Positions 40,901-52,200 of a DNA stretch of 64,000 nucleotides are shown one piece after another; position 1 is the first letter of the stretch; every line of letters begins with the position of its first letter. Position numbers and translations under genes: made by a program. The notes below the pieces were generated by a model. It did no database searches, had not been told where the DNA came from, and saw only the letters and a program-made list of their open reading frames with translations. The stretch is from the NCBI RefSeq assembly GCF_036588685.1, contig NC_086382.1:44144001-44208000 (forward strand), read 5' to 3'. The stretch is from Mytilus trossulus. Its lineage: Eukaryota.

Positions 40901-43900
40901 GAGTATCAAAAATTCCAAAAAAGTTGTGCCAAATCATATGAAAATCAAAATACCATTCTGAAAAGTAGTATACTTAGTCTTACAAAAAGCTACCAGAAGT
41001 TGAAAACGCTATTCTAACTAATAGACCATCCTTTATATATCTCTGACTACAATATAAATCAGTACACTTCTAAACAATTTAGGGTGCAGAGGTCATAGGT
41101 AGAACTTGACCTTGTGTACTGAAACATATAAAACTACCAAACAAGAAAACCCCAGACTAAATATGCGACTCGTTATCTTTGCATTGTTGTCGTCATGAAA
41201 ATCGTGATTGAAACTACAGACATGGGTAAAGGGAGCGAGGTGTAACATAATCAATTGAGTATAATTGAATGAGCCACTTTTATACCTAGCGCTCTGTCTT
41301 CCTCCACATCAAGTGGACCTGTTTAATAGAAAAAACACATATTGTGATTATTAATAAAATTGAGAATGGAAATGGGGAATGTGTCAAAGAGACAACAACC
41401 CGACCAAAATAAAAAAACACAACAGCAGAAGGTCACCAACAGGTCTTCAATGTAGCGAGAAATTCCCGCACCCGGAGGCGTCCTTCAGCTGGCCCCTAAA
41501 CAAATATATACTAGTTCAGTGATAATGAACGCCATACTAATTTCCAAATTGTACACAAGAAACTAAAATTTAAATATCACTTGTTTAAATGATAATTATG
41601 TCGAACTAATGTTTTAGGATGTTATTCAAAAGCAAAGATAAAGTTTTTTGTCCTAGTCAGACATGACAAAACATGCATGACAGAAGATATTTATTTAGTC
41701 AGCTCTGAATTTGACCTAGTTCTATTCAGACTGTGTTCCCTTAATTATCGTCTGTTTGTACATGCTTTATGATGAACTATTCAAAATACTAGTAGCATTG
41801 ATTATACAAAAATGAACAATAATATATCGATAAGGTCGAACAGAAGTTGTTTAGTATCAAAATATCAATAAAGGAAAATCTCTTTGATCAATCTGCACGG
41901 TCATATGCATGTATGGTAATACATTCGATGCCATTAAAACTTAAAAACTAGATATGACATGTCACTGATAACAAAGTAAATTCGGTTAAGAGAAGATCAT
42001 CAGCTGAATTGATGTAAAACATAAAACACACATAAAACAGTTAACAGAATGAACTTACATGAAGTCAATTAAAATATTTCCCGCCCAAATCCATTAGAAA
42101 ATGGAGATGCAAGATACCAAAAGGATGTTGAAACTATTATACGTTTCAGACAAACGGACATCGATAAGGGAGATAAAAACTAAAAATTACGAAAGTCTAC
42201 AAAAACACAACACAGACAAGCGTTAAATACATGTTCGTTAGTTGATTTGTACAACACCGCTTTGATTTGATCAATGTGGACCATTTGCTTTCATTAACCG
42301 TTGAATGTTCCTGATTATCTATGATCATTTTCATTATGATTAGTATTATAAGCAAGAATATATCGCTTCAAATAAAAAAAAAATGAAATGTCCTTGGAAT
42401 TACATTACGAAAGTAGAAAATTTAATGTGACCCATTTATACCTATAGGTCTGTCTTCTTCTATATCATCTTGACCTGTACAACAGAAAAAACAATAAATG
42501 TTACGTTTTCAAATAATTTAAGATTGGGTTAACAGTTTTGGGTCATTATTCCAAAACTATGTTCCAAATAAGGTATTGTATTGTCAGTCGATTTTTCAAT
42601 AGTTATTTTTGTAGCTATTTGGTGTGATCTAAGGCTCCGTGTTGAAGACCGTACTTTTTCCTATATTGGTTTACTTTTACAATTTAAGAGCTGGATGGAG
42701 ATGTATCTTATTGACACCCATTCTACGTCTTTATATTTCTATTTGCAAAATACGTAATAAATGCAAATTCGATACAATTAAACTGAATATGCAGTCTATA
42801 TACACTTTGTAGAAATTGCACATGAAATACGAATTGAAATCACTCTTGATACGAATATAAAGCATATACGCAGATAAAAAAGATGAACCTTTTATCGAAA
42901 AAATATAGAAAGATATACTTACTGCTTTGAGCTAAAGGTGTGTTCGATTCCACAGAAAAAATATTTGCATCGATATTTTAATATATATGTCTGTACATAT
43001 CATGTATATTAGTAAATTAACACATATATCAAGCTTCGTCATGTGCATTAGTACTCCCCACATGTGCTTTATCCTGTTATAATCCATAGTATTACAGAAT
43101 AATTTCACGTTTTGTTCAATCAATAATTTGCAATTCAAATTATAACTATCATTTTTCTCAAACAAATATCTAGTTTTGAAGTTCAAATCATCACTTTTTG
43201 GTCAGTGACAGTATATGCCATAGTAATTGTGTATTATTCAGTGATTGAAACAAAATTTTACTTAGACTATACTAAAAGATATTGACAGAACAATTGTGAA
43301 AAATTATCAACAAAAACAAAAAGAAACAGATGAACTTGTACCTACTCGATGATATACTACATTAGGTACTTTTTTGATAGTTGTCTCGTAGACCTTTTAG
43401 TCGGTTCTTCTAATAATGTAAATAAATTAAATGGGATTTCATTTTCACTTTCAATTAATGTACACACTTTGTTGCGGTATTTTTCTACGTTGATTGGATA
43501 TACTTAATATTAAATGTCTTCCTTTAAATGCCACTTTATATGACAGAAATATTATGAAATATTATAATTTTTCAAAAAAGGAACATAACAGTATTTGTTC
43601 CTTATAGCATAAAGGGTTTCGAAAATTTGTTCAATTAGAAACAGGTAGTATAGTTTTGTTTATTCAAGAGGAACTTCAGTTAGAGGGATCAATTAAACAC
43701 TGCATCTGTCTAAACCGTAGTAAATCAAATATAAAATCAAACCTCCTTAAATTTTAAGAATTATATCTCATATAATGTTAGCAAGGCTCTTTTAATTCTG
43801 TTTTTTAAATTTGTATTCTCTCAATTTTTGTGTTCAATAATTTAAAGATACATGATAATAAATGTTGTTTTTTTTCACGGTATCTTATTCGAACGGTGCT

Positions 43901-46900
43901 CTAATAAGATACCGTGAAATTTTCATCGGTCAGCGCCTACCGACAATATTCAAAGTTATGCGGCTTAATAGTACGAACCTCCTTATACAATAAGCTTCAA
44001 TGACTAAAGTGTGTTCTCGGCAATATTGATACATATGTAGAGACGAGAAAACAAACAAATTGTATTACAACAGTGACGATCTATAATTTATAGATGTATG
44101 TCTGTTTTTGAAATAATTATCTTCATTAAAGACAAATGTTATTGTTATTATACATGCTACATCACTAATTTATACATTGATGCAATTCGTGTTTACTGTA
44201 GGCATGTCAATCTAATATATTTAACTGTTTAACTGATGCGTTATTACGCTAAGAAGAATAGGTTTTACCTTCAACTGGAATTTCTTCATGAGTACTTGAT
44301 TCTATCTTTCTGCCTATCCGTGGAGTTTCTTCTGTAAGACTGTCAATCTAAAACAAATTAAAAACAATTACAGGAAAATACAATACGAAATTAATCTGTC
44401 TTACGTTATCACAAACATTGAAAACAGCATGTATAAATGAAATGCGCTCGAAGGGCTTTTCTGGATGTATTTTCATTCGGAACGCTCCCAGCCGTATATT
44501 TGAACGCCAAGGATGTATAAAACAGAAACTGTTGAAGAGCTTTACAATGAAAAAATGACATAAGATAATAGCCAACTCATTCTAAAGATAATTTTGTCCG
44601 GGGAAGTACAAACCTTTATTTAAAAGATTCATTCATATCAAAAAGGGGTTCTTTTTTTCAATGTCTAGTTAATTATAAACACAGTCTTTTTTTCAAAGTG
44701 CTTTAATCTTTCATATAATTTTCAAAATGTAGATTCAACTCGTATGTAAACACGGACAATAAAGGGTCTGATATGCATTCAGTAAAAAACATATCTATTG
44801 TCTGAGACTGTATGTTCCATTCAGATATCTTTTGGGTTTTTTTTTGTTTTGTTTTGTTTAATTTATACATTGGCGGCACTCTTTAATCGTATCTACTTCA
44901 TCATTATAATTACATCCATTTATTTTTTTGCGTAGAGACCATTCTATACACGTACGACATATGGTATTTCGTTTCGTCAGATATATGTTCCTGTTTATTG
45001 GAACAGTCGATTCAAACTAGCAAATATCAATCATGTGCCATTTAAATGTTGTTTTTCATGAAATTTCAAGGTGATAAGATCTAAATCCTTTTTATTTTTT
45101 TTTGTTGTTCAGACTTTTTCTTAAAGTACGATATTATACGTTCAAAAATGTTACTGGGAAAACTCAATAATAAAACAATGTTTATCAGTCCTTTAAACTA
45201 TGTGCTGTACCTTCAATGATATTTTATAAACTTCGTCTTTCATAAATTGTTCTAAGCTGTCGCATTTCTCTTTTAGTAATTTTAGCTGGGATTCAAGACT
45301 GGCGTTGTAGTGGATGTTCAATTTTCTTGATCTTTCATGTATATTTGCACCTTCTTTCTTCAAGGATGTCATGATTTCTTCGAATTTTCTTTCTAACGCT
45401 TTTTTGTCATCTGTCTCAGCTTTGCCTAGTTCATTTTGATGTGTTTGTATTACTTCTAATTTATCTGTAACGGTCTTCTCGTATTTGGTATGTTCTTCTA
45501 GTTTATCCGCTATGAGGCTAGTTTGTTTTGCGTCTTGATATTGCTTTTCTTCCATTCGTTTTATATGCGCATCCAGTGCTTGTAATTGTTTCAATTGGGC
45601 TATGATATAAAACAAGAAAAGATCATACCTACGCTAACGTCAAAAGGTAAGCTAGCTATAACACAAGGTTTAATTAACCATTTTCTGCATATAAAAACGC
45701 CTGAACCAAGTCAGAAAAATGACATTTATTGTCCCTTCGTTTGATATAAATAAACTCATCATAGGTTCCAAAGACTCAATTTTATATATACACCAGAAGC
45801 TCGCTTCGTCTACAAAAGACTCATCAGTGACGCTCGAATCCAAAAATGATTAAAATACAAACCCAATTTAAGTACGAAGTTGAAGAGCATTTAGATGTGT
45901 TTGAGCGTTTGATTTATATTAGGGTCTTACCGTTTTCCTCCGAGTTCAGTTTTTTGTGATTTTACTTTTGTCTTAAAAGAGAACTATTTCGATGTACTAA
46001 GTACTTATTTTTTTTAAATAAATTTATTTTGTTTAATTGGTTGATTTATCTTGTCCTTCATTCATATAAAAAAAATTAAGGTGATTTGGTAAGATTATTA
46101 ATAAGATAACTATAAAAAAAATCTGATATAAATCATAAGATCCTGTGACGGCTCTTGAATTTTACGATTTAGGATTCTAACAAAACCCTTATCTTTTTTT
46201 CTGTTCTGTCAACACCAACTAATAATCTTCCAACTTCTATATTTGGAAAGTTATGTACTGCTAAGACAATACCAAAGGATCCTGAGAGGTCTTTATAACA
46301 AGGAAAGTACGGAGCGTTGTAAGATCTATACTAGTAATACGTGGACATATGATCTGTATTTCAATCAGATGAGTCAGTCGATATGGAGCATTATTGATCA
46401 ATCAACCGAAACTATTCAACAATGCAATAAACGTATTACTATGGAACACCACAGCTGTCTTATGTGGAACTCTGATATTACTTTATGTTGTTTTATTATT
46501 ACTTAATGATATTTGTCTTTCCTTAATATGGTTTTGACATTACGTAATGGTGTTTAAATATAACTCAATATATAATAGCCATTGTTTGATGCTATTTCGA
46601 TATTACACGATCATATTGTTTTGTATTGACTTCATATAGTTTTGTCATTACTCGTTGTGGTTTCACCATTATTTAAAATGGTTGTGTCATTAGTCAATGT
46701 GGTTTCAACATTACTTGATGTGTATGTGACTTAACGTAATGTAGTTGTTTCATTACATGATTTTTTCCGAATTGGTCACGTTGTTTTACCTCATCAAGTA
46801 ATGGGATAACCACATCAAAGAATGACAGGACCACATCTAAGAATGACAAGACCACATCAAATAATGACACAAACATATCAAGAAGTGTAAAAGCGTCAAA

Positions 46901-49900
46901 TTTTGAAACATCATTACGTAATGTTAAAACCATATAAAGAATAGACAAATCATCATAACGAAATAAAAAAAAAAATCAGGTAATGAAACAACTACATTGC
47001 GTTCAGTCACATACACATCAAGTAATGTTGAAACCACATTGACTAATGACACAACCATATCAAATAGTGGTGAAACCACATCGAGTAATGACAAAACTAT
47101 ATTAAGTCAATACGAAACCATGTCGTGTAATATCGAAATAGCATTAAGTAATTTTTATTCCATATTGAGTTATATAAAAACATCATTACGTAATGTCAAA
47201 ACCATATTAAGTAAAGACAAAATATCATTAAGTAATAATAAAACAGCATAAAGCAATATCCGAGTTCCACATAAGACAGCTGTGGCGTTCCATATATTCC
47301 ATACAATTAAAAGTGGATAATTATACAAGATGTCTTACACACTGCTTACATTCAGTGTAGCATAAGTTATCCTCGTGCTAATTTTTAAGAAATATGCCAA
47401 ATTGTATCATAAACTATAAATAAGTAGCGTTGTGTACCCTTTTACATGCATTTAGCAAGTATAAAGAGAAATGCATTGTTGTTTTTTTTTCTCTAAGACG
47501 AGATTTCGACATTTTCATGTGATATTGTTGCGTAAAAAGTAAAATCACAAAAATAATGAACTCAGAGGAAAATCAAATCGGAAAGTCCCTAGTCACATGG
47601 CAAAATCAAATGAAAAAACGCATCAAACACGAATGGACAACTTCATATTCCTGACTTGGTACAGGCATTTTCAAATGTAAAACGTGGTGGACACCTAATT
47701 AAAAACACTTTTATTGCTTTGCGTCTCTGACGTCAGAAAATCTATACGTCACATAGGAATAAATTTTGTCGTTCGATATTTACAAAACAATTTTTAAATT
47801 TTACATGGTCAATATCAATGTTGGCATACAGGGTTTATAAATCTAAATGTGATAGAATAAATTTCAGAAATAGACCGAGATTTAAAATAGTCTAAAAGTT
47901 CTATAGAATAAATAAGAATCCACAAATTGTTAATTACACTACGCGATTAATTAGTTTTGACGTTTTTTGTTCAACGTATTTTCTAATATATAATAGAAGT
48001 ATTATAACATTATGACTTACTATACAACAATAACACACTGGCGAGATAGTGTAGATAAATCAATGGTCTTTATATAATCTATGAGAACAACCAAGATTGC
48101 AATACTTTTTCGAATATTTAGACATCCACATATGTTTTATTCTACTTAGTGGGAGATATTATGGACATAATTGTGCAAATCGTGATACAAGCATGAAATT
48201 TGGTATAAAGGTTAACTAAATGATACTTATACAAAATCCGCTGCTGGCCAGAAAAAAAACCCAAATTTTTCAAAATGGCCACCACACATTTTTGAAATGG
48301 CGTCATTTCAAATTGGCAATACTTCGTTAATACTTTGAAAGGTGTGATATATGTAAAATTCAAAGTTAGATTCGATAAAAAGTAAATGACAGTTCCTTAA
48401 TTACGACAAGACAATACATTACTGAAACTAAAGGTGACTTCCGGTTTCAAAATGCTGTCAAAATGGTCAAAAATTTCAATTTTTGTACTTTCAAGCAACT
48501 TCACATGGGATATAAACATGATAAATCATTAAAAAATTGTTTTAGGTATAATCCAATGTAAGTTATGATAAAACATTGAAAACAATTTCTAAGTACGACA
48601 AACAACAAATAAATGAAGAAAATAGTGATTTCCGGTTCCAAAATGGAGGCAGATACGGAAAAAATATTTTTATAATTTCCATCAACTTAACAAGAGATAA
48701 CACTCTTTTGTTAAGTTTAAATGCCTAGTTTTGTTAGAAAGACAGGTTGCTTATCTTATAATTATCTGACAGCAGTCAATAAAAAAACCCGTACAAGGAA
48801 GAAAAGACAGGTAGCATGTACAGTTACCAACAGTTACACAGCTGGATTTTTTCGCCTCCGCATTTCAAAAGTTCCCAACAGGAGGATGCAACTTAAACGG
48901 CAGCCGAAGAAGTAATTTTAGGGTTTTCAACTGTCATCGATATTTTTTTCTTTCATACAAACCCAGTGTTCACGAGTCAGTACATGTACCTGTCAAATAC
49001 ATAAATCAGGCTGAGCCCAAACTTGTCCTCCTTGATATGCTTCTTTATGGATGTGCTCCGAAAAAAAAACTCTTGAAGGCGGAACTATATCTCGATTCCA
49101 CTGATTCCTGGGTAACAATTAATATCGTGCCTCGTTGACAGCAAATGTTGACGTTGTTCTGTCATACTTTACTCATACATGATGCAAACAAATGATTCTA
49201 TGATGTCCATGTATGTGTCGTCTTTATACTTCAGCAAAAAAACGCCCCATACATCTTGAAATACTTCACATGTCATCCAAACTGACCTATTCCCTTTCCC
49301 ACGAAAATCCGACAAAGTTTCACATCTACTGAATAAATGAACGAAAGAAAGAGTAGCTACACGAGGACCAAACGCATTTGATATGTCATGTACATGAAAC
49401 CATCAAAAGTCTTCATTCCTGCCAAAACCAATCCACAGTTTGTTCCACCGTATTTTTGTAGTGCTGCTATTCTGAATTCTTCTACATCTGTGTCGGTGAT
49501 ACCTCAAATTACCGTCTTACAACAATTTTCATAATCATACCGAACATGGACAAACATTCTTATATCTGCTTCTCCATGCTTAAAAGGGATAGCGGGAAAG
49601 TATCATTATTAGTCTCTAAAGAAGCAATTATGTCGGCAAGAAACTTGAAAAATTTAGAAAACATATAACACAATGTGTACTCTTGAATACTTATCAATGC
49701 AAGATTTTATGTAAGGCAGTTTGCCACATTTGCAAAATCATCAAATATTGTTGCCTAACAAGGTGGCCTGGAATTAACCATTGCTGCCCTTCAACGATAA
49801 ATGCGTCAGAATTTGGATATGCAAATTGCAAAATGTTTTAAGTTTATCCATTTGCACCGATTTTATATCACTGTTTAAAATGACATCTTTAGACAAACGA

Positions 49901-52200
49901 GGAGCACTTTGTCTTTATGGATTAAAAGATATTCCAAGTCAATATGTCCACTGCGACAAAAAATACAAGTCTAGAAAATACATCGCAATCACTCTTAAGG
50001 TTCTCTAGCTTTGTTTTTTGACAAAATTTTACAATTTTGTTTTACAGACATAATAGAAATTTGTTCTTTTTTATCTGGTTATAAGAAACAGGTTCTCTTT
50101 TGTTTTTCATTTGCTTCTAACGATCTTCGTATTGTTTGCCTTTGATCTTTTGAAAGAAATCCTTTTGTGTTTATTAAGTCGTTCATCTGTTATAGAATGC
50201 CTCAAACCACTAGATCTTGCAAGTTCATCTGATAGTCTACTGACTTCTTGTCCAGCTACCATCAATACGTCTAAATGGGGTTTTCTTTTAAACATATGAC
50301 AACAACATCGCCCTTCACAATTGCATTATTCTGGGATTTATTTTTGCTTTATATGGACTGCATGTGCAAAATCTGACTCATAAAATGAGCATACTACCAC
50401 ATTTCCAAGAAGTTCTTATTCTATAATTGAACGCCAGGAATTAAACTGTGGTCGAGATGACTATATTTTCTTACACCAGTCTACCAAATCATTGAACGTC
50501 ACAGAGTCCTGGCGTGATCATAATTTCTGTATTTAGCTTTCTTTAGCCAATATTTATCATTCAATCTAACACACAGAGTTATCTGATGCGCGTGTCTAGT
50601 CCTAGATACATTTGAACATATACATACAAAGAATATGCCGTTCTCGGTGTTGCAATATGGGTTTTTGTGAGAATATATGTCCATCTATTATCACGTAATA
50701 AATCACCCAGAATTTTATAACAAGTCATTTCAATGTGCAATCCACCTCACATGACGATTAACTTATCTTCTCTGGACAAATCAGGCCATTCCCACTGAAT
50801 AACCATGATTACTAAAAGTGGCTGATCTGCCGTTACTATTGATGTTTCTCTCGTATAAACCACATTTTCCGCCTTATCCATCGAATACTTGATCTTTGCA
50901 ACTGAATAGGCTTGTTGCTAAAAAGTGGCATCATAGATTTTACACTTACTTGAACAGCTCTACAAGAGCCTTCGTTTGAGTAATGATATGAACTGCGATT
51001 TATACCAGTTTGCCCTGGTAGTACATACAAATCGCTCATTATGTCTATAAATAGGTTGCACATGCGCAAAATTGTCAAATCATATTTATCATAACCTTGG
51101 AAAATGTTATCAAACCAAATCATGATATAATTGAAAAGCCCAAAACATTTATTTTATAGTAAATAGTTACAATGTTTTTTAATGAATTTTGTTACATTTC
51201 GCGCATGAGCAAACCCTTCAGATGTCAAACATTCATGTCTCGTGAATTCTTACATGTAAGGAAGGCAGCTACCAAACCTGATAGCTGTTTTTCACTTAAA
51301 GAAGGTAAACGAAAAATTTCAAGAAAAAAATCAGTATTTTCTAGCTGAAAAAAACTACCATTTTAGAAAAAGGCCGTGGCCATCTTGAAAAAAATAATTT
51401 TTTTAATGACCAGCAGTTGTTCCTTAAAAAGTATATAATAATGATGCTTTGTGGAAATATCTATGATTGTATCATCATTTGCACAATTCCCTTGATTTTG
51501 CCTGCTAATATCTTCCACTAACTTTGCAACTAATGATTTCAATGAATACCTGTTATACAAACAATCTAACTCCTCGTATGTGTTGCTCAATGAAATATCC
51601 AATAAGATTTGCCGAAATCCCTATCTTACCAAGATACATCGGCTAACATGAACGAGAATTTATTACAAATACAGATATCCATACCTCTTTGCTGTAGTGC
51701 CTGGACAAACAGCTTCATATGGGGGTCTCATTGGAGGGTTCTGATCCCGGATCCCGCTTACTGTTTTGTCAGATTCCCGTATCCTGCTTACACTATGTAA
51801 GTAAGCAATTATCTTTTTTTTTGTAATTTCCTGGGTCCCGCCAGACTTCATTTCCCGTTTTCAAGCACAATAATTTGTATTTCACGTGTCCCGCTTACAA
51901 AAAATCGGCAATCCCGCGTGACGCTAAGACCCCAATGAGACCCACTCATATTTGAGGTTTTGAAATAAGTAAGAGATGAATGCAGTGTGCATACCACAAA
52001 CGTCTCATTGGCTGATGGATACTTCAGAAAAAATCAGTAAGGGTTACTTACGATAATAATGCAACGGCTTTGGTGATATGCTTAATTCTTGGAACAAATG
52101 TTATAATATCCTTACCCGACTGTACTCTGAACAGTTTATACGAAATTCCACATCCAAGTAATACGCCGCCTAACACACAAACAGAATCCCTTATATTCAT
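37509..52200 (-). CDS. Gene B: signal-anchor + coiled coil + acidic linker + TICAM-like TIR protein, 356 aa; exons 52200-52116, 45599-45211, 44347-44269, 42474-42442, 41318-41286, 37960-37509
   Basis: All GT-AG; intron phases 1,0,1,1,1 are consistent; 85+389+79+33+33+452=1071 nt open. TIR exon is an obvious paralogue of gene A (LLLHGKKDQ, FEPG, CRLVFIY, IQSLEDP.K..RIIP, FPTFKEK). Confidence 0.78.
38122..39150. mobile_element. Tc1/pogo-like non-autonomous element
   Basis: ta|CAGTAAAACCTGTGTAAACCGG ... CCGGTTTACTCAGATTTGACTG|ta. Confidence 0.7.
40097..40825 (-). mobile_element. Tandem hammerhead retrozyme, family 2 (351-nt unit, 2 copies), inserted in a family-1 copy (~40030-40935)
   Basis: aagattaacggtacc recurs at 40101, 40452 and 40803; minus-strand gcatca-CTGAAGA-gac..gtc-GAAA-tgcgca-TC at ~40125-40170 and ~40476-40521. 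Confidence 0.82.
41286..41318 (-). CDS. Gene B 33-nt microexon (GPLDVEEDRAL)
   Basis: attaaacag|...|gtataa, phase 1-1; homologous with flanks to 42442-42474. Confidence 0.72.
   Translation of the reverse strand, partial: VHLMWRKTER
42442..42474 (-). CDS. Gene B 33-nt microexon (GQDDIEEDRPI)
   Basis: ttgtacag|...|gtataa, phase 1-1. Confidence 0.72.
44269..44347 (-). CDS. Gene B 79-nt linker exon (IDSLTEETPRIGRKIESSTHEEIPVE)
   Basis: ttgttttag|...GAAG|gtaaaa; phase 0 to 1, exactly bridging the coiled-coil exon and the microexons. Confidence 0.75.
45211..45599 (-). CDS. Gene B coiled-coil exon (~130 aa)
   Basis: Inside ORF 45193-45615; E/K/Q/L-rich, no Pro, heptad-like; acceptor ttttatatcatag|CC, donor AAG|gtacag. 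Confidence 0.8.
46440..47294. mobile_element. Foldback element: ~310-bp inverted arms built from ~21-bp subrepeats
   Basis: tatggaacaccacagctgtcttatgtggaactc... / ...gagttccacataagacagctgtggcgttccata; internal accacatc.a.gaatgaca repeats. Confidence 0.8.
48147..51520 (-). mobile_element. Academ (XPG-type) DNA transposon remnant in an intron of gene B
   Basis: TIRs TAGTGGGAGATATT.../...AATATCTTCCACTA with long degenerate extension, 3-bp TSD ACT. Minus-strand remnants: HGEADIRMFVH (~49545-49580), TDTDV, FVHLFSRCET...FRGK (XPG/PIN-like), and a Cys-rich C-terminus (LLKCG...CVTVGNCTC...LPCT, ~48790-48870). Confidence 0.8.
51721..51947. mobile_element. Short MITE
   Basis: TIR gggtctcattgg / ccaatgagaccc. 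Confidence 0.6.
52116..52200 (-). CDS. Gene B first coding exon: signal-anchor-like segment
   Basis: tttttgcaacag|tgcccaaccATG...TCGG|gtaagg; MNIRDSVCVLGGVLLGCGISYKLFRVQS; 85 coding nt, phase 1, same as gene A. Confidence 0.7.

Noticed and set aside
43873-43919. 17-bp perfect-stem hairpin
   Set aside because: Isolated palindrome, probably a fragment of a dispersed element; no evidence for an RNA gene.
45211-45235. EVYKIS as a pLxIS IRF-recruiting motif
   Set aside because: Lacks the required Leu and lies at the end of the coiled coil; no RHIM was seen either.
46694-47251. Periodic ORFs (LDVVLSF repeats; Ser/Thr-rich)
   Set aside because: Artefacts of the 21-bp subrepeats of the foldback element.
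51363-51602. 79-aa ORF as an exon of gene B
   Set aside because: Overlaps the Academ right TIR; no compatible splice sites found.
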